A stretch of 64,000 nucleotides of DNA from an uncultured delta proteobacterium (GTDB taxonomy: Bacteria; Desulfobacterota; Binatia; UBA9968): NCBI GenBank assembly GCA_963727625.1, contig CAVSHR010000004.1, positions 832,001 to 896,000 of the forward strand, written 5' to 3'. The notes under the pieces are model-generated. The model worked only from the letters and a program-made list of their open reading frames with translations. It made no database searches and was not told where the DNA came from. Below are positions 56,488 through 64,000 of the stretch, piece by piece; within the stretch, counting starts at the first letter, position 1; each line of letters starts with the position of its first letter. The position numbers and the translations under genes were made by a program.

Positions 56488-57606
56488 TTAGTCGAGGAGT
56501 TTTTTAGCGAATTGCCGGGCCGGGTTGCGATATTTTATAATCACCTCTTCCGAGCCATTTTCGAGCTCGTCGTATCTCTTCGGTGTAAGCGTGTCTTTGG
56601 CCGCCACGTGGCCGAACTGTTTGGTCCAGCCAGTATCAACGTCGAGCCGGCGTGTCGGCTGGCCCAATGCTTTGGTAAAGACCGTCTGGCCTTTTTCAGA
56701 GAGTAGCCAGTTTACGAATAGTTTCGCAGCGTTTTTATGCGGCGCATCCTTGAGCAAAACGACGTTGCCGCTCCCCGAGGATGCGTAGAAACCCTCGCGT
56801 ATTTCCTTTATCGGTTTGACCGGCAATCCGGCCTTGATGAACGGCAGATAGGTATAATAAGAAACTCCGATCGACAGCGCCGATTTGCCCCTCGCTACGG
56901 CTTCACCCAACTGGCGCAGATTGCGCTCTACGGTCATGTCCTGCGCCACCAACTTGCGCAGATAATCTTCGCCCTTGATGCGCCAGAGAAAGGCCCAGGT
57001 CGATTCGCCCGAGCCGGGCGTGCGTGGATCAAGGATAGCGATTTTCTTTTTCCATTTAGGTTCCAACAAGCTGTCGTAAGAGCTGATTTCTTGGGGCTGA
57101 ACGAGACTCGCGTTGTACCAAATGGTCTCGGTCATGTAAGCAGTGAAGCTATAAACGTACCGCTTCGCATTATCGATCCAGAGATGGCCGCCCCACCAGT
57201 TTTTCTCGTCCTTAACTTCCGGCAAAACCATCGCAGGCATGACCGGCTCCAAAAGACCGGCTGCCAACAGACCTGTGATGATCGACGTCGTTCCACCGAC
57301 ATGAATGTCAACAGTATGAACACCGGCGTTGTTTTCGCCGATAATCTTTCTAATATTACTCGATCCGCGTCCAACGTTTAATTGCAGCTCGATTCCGGGA
57401 AATTGATTCTCGAAACCCGCTTCTAAGTCCTTGCGCAATTGGGCGCTGGTCGGAATCGAGACTACGACTTTGCCTTCCTTTTTTGCCGCGGCGACTATTT
57501 TTTCCCATTCCTGGCTTTCGCTAGCTCCGGCGATCACCGGAAAGGAATAGAACACCGACGCGATAAAAAGAACCGACACTGCGACTGCGACATTGCGTAT
57601 CATCAA
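56488..57606 (-). CDS. Extracellular solute-binding protein (Fe3+/polyamine type)
   Basis: EWEKIVAAAKKEGKV, DPRTPGSG, APHKNAAKLFVNWLLSEKGQ. Confidence 0.9.
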   Translation of the reverse strand: MMIRNVAVAVSVLFIASVFYSFPVIAGASESQEWEKIVAAAKKEGKVVVSIPTSAQLRKDLEAGFENQFPGIELQLNVGRGSSNIRKIIGENNAGVHTVDIHVGGTTSIITGLLAAGLLEPVMPAMVLPEVKDEKNWWGGHLWIDNAKRYVYSFTAYMTETIWYNASLVQPQEISSYDSLLEPKWKKKIAILDPRTPGSGESTWAFLWRIKGEDYLRKLVAQDMTVERNLRQLGEAVARGKSALSIGVSYYTYLPFIKAGLPVKPIKEIREGFYASSGSGNVVLLKDAPHKNAAKLFVNWLLSEKGQTVFTKALGQPTRRLDVDTGWTKQFGHVAAKDTLTPKRYDELENGSEEVIIKYRNPARQFAKKLLD

Positions 57607-57613
57607 TGACCTC

Positions 57614-57994
57614 CTATCCCAAAAGTTTTCTGGCGAGGGCTGCAGCTGGCTCGCGCAGACGGATGATCTTTTCTTCCGACTGATTCTCCCGTTTGTAAAA
57701 TTGCTCGATAGTCAAGGAATCCTTGGCCGCGTGAACGCCCATTTTGTTTAGCCATTTGGCGTCGACGTCGATGCCGTAACGCTTTTCGAACATCCTTTCG
57801 ATGGCGGTGCGAAGCCCCGTGCTCGCCGGAATCGAAACGACGACTTTCCCTTCTTTCTTGGCAAGCTCGATGGTTTTTTCCCACTCGCCTTGCGCGGCAG
57901 GCTTGGCGCTCTGCCCGGTCGCAATTGGGCAAGTGAACCCGAGCACCCCGACAATCACGAGCAGCGCGCGGACTTTTAGCTTATCCATGATCAC
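57614..57994 (-). pseudogene. Solute-binding paralog with an in-frame internal deletion of about 240 aa
   Basis: EWEKTIELAKKEGKVVVSIP..RYGIDV joined directly to DAKWL..AAKDSLTIEQF..ENQSEEK. Confidence 0.85.
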
Positions 57995-59112
57995 GCCGAC
58001 ACGGTTGCGTAGTCGAACTTCGGCATCTCCATCGGCACACCGATCTGCTCGATCGCCGCCTCAAAGTCGAGGCGAATTTGTGGATCTTCATCTTCGTATT
58101 CGATCATTGTGCCACCCTCGCGCACACTGGTGCGGACGCCTTCCTTGTTAATTGCCCGCCAGCAACCCAGCAGATATTTTCCCGACTGCCCGCTGTAGCG
58201 AAACGCCAATTGGCGCGCTTTTTCATTTCCGGTGTTGAAATGCTGGTGGAACCAGCCGCTCGGTGGGCTGAACACGCTGCCCTCGCGCCAATCGACTTTG
58301 ACGACCTGGTCGGCGCGGCCGGACTGATAGGGCCGAATGCCGGCTTCAGGCGGCCACATCAGCGTGTAACCCTGCGAACGAAGAATCAGCAGAATCGCGC
58401 CGCCCTGGTGAAAATGCGCCTTGTGATAGCGCCCCACCGGCCACTCGGCGATATGGCCGACCAGCGTGCTCCCGCCCATGTCGAAAGAAGTGATTTTTAC
58501 ACCATAACCTTTGGCCTCCGACGGATCGACGAGCGCGCCGCGCGCGTCGGCGATAAAATTGGTTTCCCAATTGATAAAGCCGCCGATCTCTTTGCGCAGG
58601 TTGGTTGGAACAAAATAATTTTTTTCGGCGTCGAAGCGGTCGTTAAATTTATAATCGCTGCCCGTTACAAACGGGATGTTGTGCAATAAATCGATCATCA
58701 AAGGCGCGCTGGTCACCGCGAGAAAAAATGCCGGATCCCTGCTGCCATTGATCATGCGGTGGCGGGTATTGAGCGGGATGGCGAAAAGGCTCCCCTGCTG
58801 CCATTCGAAGTGCATTTTTTTTTGCTCCTCGCCCGCCGACCAAATCTCGGTCGCGCCCACGCCTTTAATGATGTAAATCAATTCCTCGTAGAGATGATTT
58901 TCCGGATGGAGTGCGCCGCCGGGCGGAATTTCACAGACATACATCCCGGTGAAGCCTTCCATGCCCTTGAGATCGATGTATGCGCCGCTGCCGCCGGTGC
59001 GCGGCCAAGGCTTGCGCGCTAAGACGGTCACGTCCTCGACACCGTAGCCTTCGACCACCGGAATCCCTTCTTCCTTGAGCCACTTTTCGTAACTGGTTTC
59101 GCGCTTCGCCAC
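57991..59112 (-). CDS. Bicupin protein
   Basis: ENHLYEE, EWQQGSLFAIPLN, YHKAHFHQGG, GWFHQHFN. Confidence 0.85.
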   Translation of the reverse strand: MAKRETSYEKWLKEEGIPVVEGYGVEDVTVLARKPWPRTGGSGAYIDLKGMEGFTGMYVCEIPPGGALHPENHLYEELIYIIKGVGATEIWSAGEEQKKMHFEWQQGSLFAIPLNTRHRMINGSRDPAFFLAVTSAPLMIDLLHNIPFVTGSDYKFNDRFDAEKNYFVPTNLRKEIGGFINWETNFIADARGALVDPSEAKGYGVKITSFDMGGSTLVGHIAEWPVGRYHKAHFHQGGAILLILRSQGYTLMWPPEAGIRPYQSGRADQVVKVDWREGSVFSPPSGWFHQHFNTGNEKARQLAFRYSGQSGKYLLGCWRAINKEGVRTSVREGGTMIEYEDEDPQIRLDFEAAIEQIGVPMEMPKFDYATVSA

Positions 59113-59114
59113 GG

Positions 59115-60698
59115 TCAGTGTCCTTTCATGGGTTTGGATTGGAAATATTCGCCCTGAGCCACTTTTTCGGCCAAACGATCGTCTTCGTCATCCCAGAGTC
59201 CGAGCGGATAGCCGTACCAAGGCATCTTCAGGTTCAGCTTGGGCATCTCGCTGTCCTGCCAGATCCGGAGCGCCTTCTCCATGTAGCGCCTCTTTGGCAA
59301 ACCCACCGGCGGGAATGGCCCTTTGCGCGTAGCGTCGATGAGCAACCCTGAACAACCCACCGCGCCGGGAAAGCTCCGCTCCTCCCGACCGCGCATCAAA
59401 GAGTGAGCCGAGGGATCGAGCAACGGCACACGGCCGGTGATGATTTCCGCATCCTGATGCGGCTGCATGGCAAAGCTCATCGCCCACATCACCATGTCGG
59501 GGTCCTTGGGATCAATGTCCTCGTCGACGGCGATGATCATCTTGCTGGTGGGGTCCATGCCCGCGGCGGCGTGGAGCGCCTGCTTCGGCTTGCTCGGGTG
59601 AGTCTTCTTCATCCGAATCACCCACCAGTTCCAGCCGCCGCCCATCTCAGGACAGCTGACTTCGAGCACTTCCGGGATCGCGCAACCATAACGCAGGTGG
59701 TTGTAGAGCATCATTTCCCGGCAGGTGCGAGAGATCCCGTTGGACTCGCTCGGCGGCAAGCCAACGAGTATCGCCGTGAAGATCGCATCGCGCCGCATGG
59801 TGATTGCCTTGACATCGATCACTGCGCGAAATTCACGCTCGACCATCAAATAACCGGGATAATCGCTGAATGGCTCGCCGCGCTCCTTGCGGTCAATCGA
59901 GATTTCTCCTTCGATGACGATCTCGGCGTCGGCGGGAACTTCCAGTGGAATCGTTTTGCATGGGACGACGTCGACCGGGCGGCCGCGAATGCCGCCGGCA
60001 ACAGCGAGCTCGTCGACGCCGTAGGGGAGATTTGCCGCGGACACGAAATTGATGTCCGGCAAAGCACCGAGCACAATCGCTACGGGCAGCGGTTCATTGC
60101 GGCTAACGGCACCGCGATGATGATAAAGAATTGCGTGGTGGGTAGGCGCGATGCCGGCGATGAGCCGGTCCTCGCCACGGAAATGGCCGCTGTACATACC
60201 GACGTTGCGCATGCCGGACTCGGCATCCTGGGTGATGAACGGTGCGGTGGCCCGGATGCCTCCGCTGAAACCGGGCTCTTCTACAGGCGCAGGTAAGCCG
60301 GTGACGCCAAATTTTTTCAGCGCTTCTCCCGCATAAACAACCTCATGGACCGGCGCGCCGGCGACGCGCCGCGGTTCAAAGGGCTTCGCTAGCGCGTGGC
60401 GCCACTTTTCATAGATGTCCATGGGATCGTCGCAACCCAGCCCCAACGTGGCGATGTCTCGCGACGACCCGTACATACCCGTAGCGACCCTGATGTCGTA
60501 GCGACGACCCCGGCTGTCGACGACGTTTTCAAACAAAAAAGCTTGCCGCTTATCGTCGGGAATACCACGGTATTGCAGGCGCATGAGCGGCATCAGTTCG
60601 GTGTCTTTATTGATCGGCTGCGGCCAGCGATGCAATTTGCCGTGTTTTTCGAGCTCGTCCAGGTACGCACGGAAGTCGTCATAATAAGGGCGGGCCAT
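59115..60698 (-). CDS. UbiD-family protein with atypical active-site motifs
   Basis: DFRAYLDELEKHG, AFLFENV, LEVPADAEIVIEG, AVDEDID; but NVGMYS and GEPFSDYPGY. Confidence 0.88.
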   Translation of the reverse strand: MARPYYDDFRAYLDELEKHGKLHRWPQPINKDTELMPLMRLQYRGIPDDKRQAFLFENVVDSRGRRYDIRVATGMYGSSRDIATLGLGCDDPMDIYEKWRHALAKPFEPRRVAGAPVHEVVYAGEALKKFGVTGLPAPVEEPGFSGGIRATAPFITQDAESGMRNVGMYSGHFRGEDRLIAGIAPTHHAILYHHRGAVSRNEPLPVAIVLGALPDINFVSAANLPYGVDELAVAGGIRGRPVDVVPCKTIPLEVPADAEIVIEGEISIDRKERGEPFSDYPGYLMVEREFRAVIDVKAITMRRDAIFTAILVGLPPSESNGISRTCREMMLYNHLRYGCAIPEVLEVSCPEMGGGWNWWVIRMKKTHPSKPKQALHAAAGMDPTSKMIIAVDEDIDPKDPDMVMWAMSFAMQPHQDAEIITGRVPLLDPSAHSLMRGREERSFPGAVGCSGLLIDATRKGPFPPVGLPKRRYMEKALRIWQDSEMPKLNLKMPWYGYPLGLWDDEDDRLAEKVAQGEYFQSKPMKGH

Positions 60699-60739
60699 TT
60701 GCGGAAATTCCTTTCGGAGCCGAGTGAACGTTCTCTATT

Positions 60740-61004
60740 TCAATAGCAAGTGCGCGATTTTTTTGCCGGCTCGCGGACCTTATCGAGCTTTTCTTCCGAT
60801 TGACTTTCCACCTGTAAAAATTCTTTGACTGACATCCGATCCTTGGCGGAAATCGATACCGTGACCTTGCCCGCTTTTCTCGCCCGGCACTTTTCCCCAC
60901 TCTGATTGGCACGCCGATTTACGTGATTGCGCGTCGAGTCGAAGCGGTATTAAGAGCGTTGCGAACAACAGCAGATAAAAACAGCGGGGGATCAAAACCG
61001 TCAT
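60740..61004 (-). pseudogene. Decayed solute-binding paralog (both ends only)
   Basis: Signal peptide plus QSEWGKV in one frame; SAKDRMSVKEFLQVESQSEEKLDKVREPA in another. Confidence 0.7.
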
Positions 61005-61289
61005 GGTTCGGAAAATCTTTCCAGTGTGAGGCTTGTCAATCAACTGCTTCACCGGCTTTTGATCTGGCACTCAAACCTGGGCTGGATAGAGAATTATTTA
61101 TAGACAAACATTTCATATGTCAAGTAATTTAGCCGAAAGATTTAAGGCAATTGCGAATGTCACGGCAAGAATAGCCCGCGCGAAGTTAAACTTTTAGACA
61201 GCCTGCGACCCTCGTCGTGTGTCCGCGCTGTGCCTTGCCGATTCAGCGTTATTTAGGGAGGATTTTTATTGCGAAGCTTAAGGAAGGAA

Positions 61290-61366
61290 TGGAGCGGGTG
61301 ATCGGGGTCGAACCGACGACCTTATGCTTGGCAAGCATACGCTCTAGCCAACTGAGCTACACCCGC
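61290..61366 (-). tRNA. tRNA-Gly(GCC)
   Basis: GCGGGTGTAGCTCAGTTGGCTAGAGCGTATGCTT-GCC-AAGCATAAGGTCGTCGGTTCGACCCCGATCACCCGCTCCA; follows pgsA. Confidence 0.96.
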
Positions 61367-61416
61367 GTCAGTGTTTTTTCTACCTGAAGCAGATGGTTTT
61401 GTCAATTTCAGCGCTG

Positions 61417-61989
61417 TTAGGCGCGCCCCAGACGGGATTGTCGCAAACGGAAAAATTGCAAGTGATAATTGACGCCGGACCAAATAGCAATCACGGCGGA
61501 TAAAACAAGGAAGTACATGCCGGCGGCGAAGAAATCCACGCTCCAATAGCGGTAATGCACCAGCAAACCAACCACCGCAAAGGCTTGCAAAATGAATTTG
61601 TACTTACCGAGAGTTTCCGACTGCATTACGATTCCCTCGCTCAGAGCGATACCGCGCAGCACCGTGACCGCACTTTCACGCGCCAGCACGACGACCACGA
61701 GCCATGCCGGCACGTTAGGCTCTCCGGGGCGATTCATCGCGGCCAACATGATCAACGCCGAGGCGACCATCAATTTGTCGGCCAACGGATCGAGAATCTT
61801 ACCGACATCGGATACCGATTTGTTACGCCGAGCCAGATAGCCGTCGAAATAGTCTGTAATCGAAGCAACGAGAAACAACGTGGCGGCCAGGAGTGATGAT
61901 GATCGATCCGGAAAAGTAAGCAGATAAACCAATACCGGGATGATCAATATTCGAATGAGACTCAACAGGTTAGGGAAAGTCCATACCAC
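61417..61989 (-). CDS. pgsA: CDP-diacylglycerol--glycerol-3-phosphate 3-phosphatidyltransferase
   Basis: PNLLSLIRI, TDYFDGYLAR..GKILDPLADK, LGKYK. Confidence 0.95.
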   Translation of the reverse strand: MVWTFPNLLSLIRILIIPVLVYLLTFPDRSSSLLAATLFLVASITDYFDGYLARRNKSVSDVGKILDPLADKLMVASALIMLAAMNRPGEPNVPAWLVVVVLARESAVTVLRGIALSEGIVMQSETLGKYKFILQAFAVVGLLVHYRYWSVDFFAAGMYFLVLSAVIAIWSGVNYHLQFFRLRQSRLGRA

Positions 61990-62029
61990 GGCAGACTCGG
62001 TCGACGGAAAAAACCGAAGAAATTATTCT

Positions 62030-62635
62030 CTAACGGACTTGCTTGACGACTTGGAAGCCGTCGCCACGGTAAGAGTCGTAAAAACGCAAAACGCGGCGCA
62101 CATACTCTCGCGTTTCGGCGAAAGGCGGAATGCCGGCGTATTTTTCGACTGCCGCGCTGCCCGCGTTATATGCTGCCAGAGATAATTCGAGATCGCCTTG
62201 GTAACGGTCCAGAAGCATCCGCAAATGGCGCACCCCGCCTTCGACATTTTCGCCCGGATCATAGGCATCGGCGACTTGATGCAAGCGCGCCGTGTCCGGC
62301 ATCAGCTGCATAAGTCCCATGGCGCCCTTTCGCGAACGGGCGGCGGCGTTGAAATCGGACTCGGCCTTGATCACCGCGCGCACCAGATCAGAGTCGACGT
62401 TGTAGCGGTGCGATGCGCTGCGAATGAGGGGGTCATAGGAAGTACTCAAAGACGTGGCCGATCCCGGCGCACCGTTATTTTCCCTTAGCACCCGACGGTA
62501 TCCCTGATGATTGGGCACGTTGGTAAATGTGACGACGCCGTTTGCGTCCTTGTAAACGTAGACGTCGCCCCGCGCTCCATCCGGCACCGCAACGACGGCT
62601 CCGACAAGCGCTAATATGAAGACTATGTTTGTCAT
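62030..62635 (-). CDS. Lytic transglycosylase (Slt) with DUF4124-like N-terminus
   Basis: YKDANGVVTFTN, AVIKAESDFN..SRKGAMGLMQLMP, LAAYNAG, ETREYV. Confidence 0.92.
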   Translation of the reverse strand: MTNIVFILALVGAVVAVPDGARGDVYVYKDANGVVTFTNVPNHQGYRRVLRENNGAPGSATSLSTSYDPLIRSASHRYNVDSDLVRAVIKAESDFNAAARSRKGAMGLMQLMPDTARLHQVADAYDPGENVEGGVRHLRMLLDRYQGDLELSLAAYNAGSAAVEKYAGIPPFAETREYVRRVLRFYDSYRGDGFQVVKQVR

Positions 62636-62752
62636 TGTTGAAAATCTCAAAGCGGTCGTAGGATAACCGCACAGCCCATGGCTGTCAATTCTCCTGATTG
62701 CGCGCACGCTTATTTTGTTGCCCAGACTTTCTTTAGAAACCGGAAAATATCG

Positions 62753-63175
62753 TTAGAACCGGTCGCGGCCGCGGTCTGACATGAGTCGCGCGATGATCGG
62801 CCGATCCCCCTCGAGGAAGTCGAAGCGGTCAAACTCGGCGACCTCGGCCCAGACGATCTGCTGGAAAATCAAGTTCCGCGGCTCACCGTCAAATGCCTTC
62901 ACTTCGTAAAAACACAGCGAAACGGTCGGCCCGTTCGGATAGGAGTGCTCATATTGGCAAACGAACTCCATTTGGCGCGCATCGACGGCCAATTCTTCGT
63001 GCAACTCGCGACGCAGGGCATCGGTGTCCGACTCCCCTTTTTCGACCTTGCCGCCGGGAAACTCCCATTTCAAAGGAAACGCACCATCGGCGCGGCGCTG
63101 ACAAACCAAAACGCGCTGATCGCGAAACATCAGAGCGGCAACGACTCTGATCGCTACTCGATTTTTAGCATTCAT
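62753..63175 (-). CDS. mutT: MutT-like NUDIX hydrolase
   Basis: WEFPGGKVEKGES..ALRRELHEEL. Confidence 0.88.
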   Translation of the reverse strand: MNAKNRVAIRVVAALMFRDQRVLVCQRRADGAFPLKWEFPGGKVEKGESDTDALRRELHEELAVDARQMEFVCQYEHSYPNGPTVSLCFYEVKAFDGEPRNLIFQQIVWAEVAEFDRFDFLEGDRPIIARLMSDRGRDRF

Positions 63176-63220
63176 AGCTTGGAGATAAACTTGGCCGAGA
63201 TACAAGGAAGCTAGTTTTTC

Positions 63221-63297
63221 TGGCGCGCCTGGAGGGATTCGAACCCCCAACCCTCAGATCCGAAGTCTGATGCTCTGTCCAGTTGAGCTACAGGCGC
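63221..63297 (-). tRNA. tRNA-Arg(TCG)
   Basis: GCGCCTGTAGCTCAACTGGACAGAGCATCAGACT-TCG-GATCTGAGGGTTGGGGGTTCGAATCCCTCCAGGCGCGCCA. Confidence 0.95.
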
Positions 63298-63315
63298 CTA
63301 GAAAACCGCAGCGGC

Positions 63316-64000
63316 CTATCGAAAATAAACGATTTCGAGCCCTTTTTCAAAAAAGAATCGATGCAGCGCCGCGGGGATTTGGCGGTCGGTGACAAACATT
63401 GCTTTCTCAGGCAAGTTGAAACCCCAAGCTTTTATAGTAAGCCAATCTCGATTCGAGGTCTGCGCCGTCGGAAATCTATACTCTCGGTAAACTGCCGGGT
63501 CACCGAGGACGCCGAGCATGCGCGCAATCAGCTCGCGCGACGACAAAGACTGAAGCTCCAGTTCGACCACCCTGATCCCCTGCCGATCTTGCAGCGCTTT
63601 ACGAATCTCCGGGTCCGCGCGCTGAAAGAACAGCGCCGTCCGCTTACCGTTGGACTCGAAAACACGGTCAGCTCGGATGTCCACACGCAAACCGTCGCTC
63701 ACTTCTGCCGAAAGCGTTTCGGCGACGCCGAATGGAATGCCGAATGAAAGCAACAGCTCGTCGACCAGCTCGCTTTTGTCCGCCGGCCAATTTTTGATCT
63801 GACCAGCGTCGCTCTTGGGATCGGCGTTTGGTTTATTGTTTGGTTGCGCGTCGACGCGCCGCGGCGATATCACGCCGCGCAGATTCAAGCCCAGCTTGGC
63901 CAGCTCGGCTCGTACGTAATCGGGGATCTCGTCGGGGCGATCCGTGAGATTGATGACAAAGACATCCTGAGTTTTGTTACTTACCTCGGGCGCCAAAGCC
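63316..64000 (-). CDS. Hypothetical protein, C-terminal part (5' end probably outside window)
   Basis: Long open frame running to the window edge, stop 19 nt before tRNA-Arg; no motif recognised. Confidence 0.6.
   Translation of the reverse strand, partial: ALAPEVSNKTQDVFVINLTDRPDEIPDYVRAELAKLGLNLRGVISPRRVDAQPNNKPNADPKSDAGQIKNWPADKSELVDELLLSFGIPFGVAETLSAEVSDGLRVDIRADRVFESNGKRTALFFQRADPEIRKALQDRQGIRVVELELQSLSSRELIARMLGVLGDPAVYREYRFPTAQTSNRDWLTIKAWGFNLPEKAMFVTDRQIPAALHRFFFEKGLEIVYFR

Noticed and set aside
61005-61290. tRNA-Gly 3' end as the attachment site of an island
   Set aside because: No integrase and no direct repeat of the tRNA 3' end was seen in the window.

Overview
GC-rich bacterial chromosome segment. 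Its gene repertoire (many TauA/NlpA-type and Fe-type ABC binding proteins, three UbiD decarboxylases, three bicupins, amidohydrolases, CoA-transferases, a thiolase/OB-fold pair, an orphan XdhA-type Mo subunit, 2-oxoacid:ferredoxin oxidoreductase) resembles Ca. Binatia-like Deltaproteobacteria; the taxon is an inference. The right end is housekeeping (tRNA-Gly, pgsA, Slt, MutT, tRNA-Arg UCG). Two things stand out. (1) An integrase-less integron-cassette locus at 17.5-20.7 kb: two canonical minus-strand attC sites both end on the stop codon of a flavoprotein gene whose last 360 bp are duplicated as a synonymously diverged copy. One cassette carries BrnT/BrnA; the other carries a HEPN-type gene split by a decayed IS200. 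(2) A ~1430-aa receptor-like protein with DUF4062, STAND NTPase, TPR, a TM helix, six Ig-like repeats and a Cys-rich tail. The window also holds a UbiD with altered catalytic motifs, an HO-like diiron enzyme operon, many internally deleted gene remnants and several families of short palindromic intergenic repeats. All calls are by eye from motifs; no searches were run.
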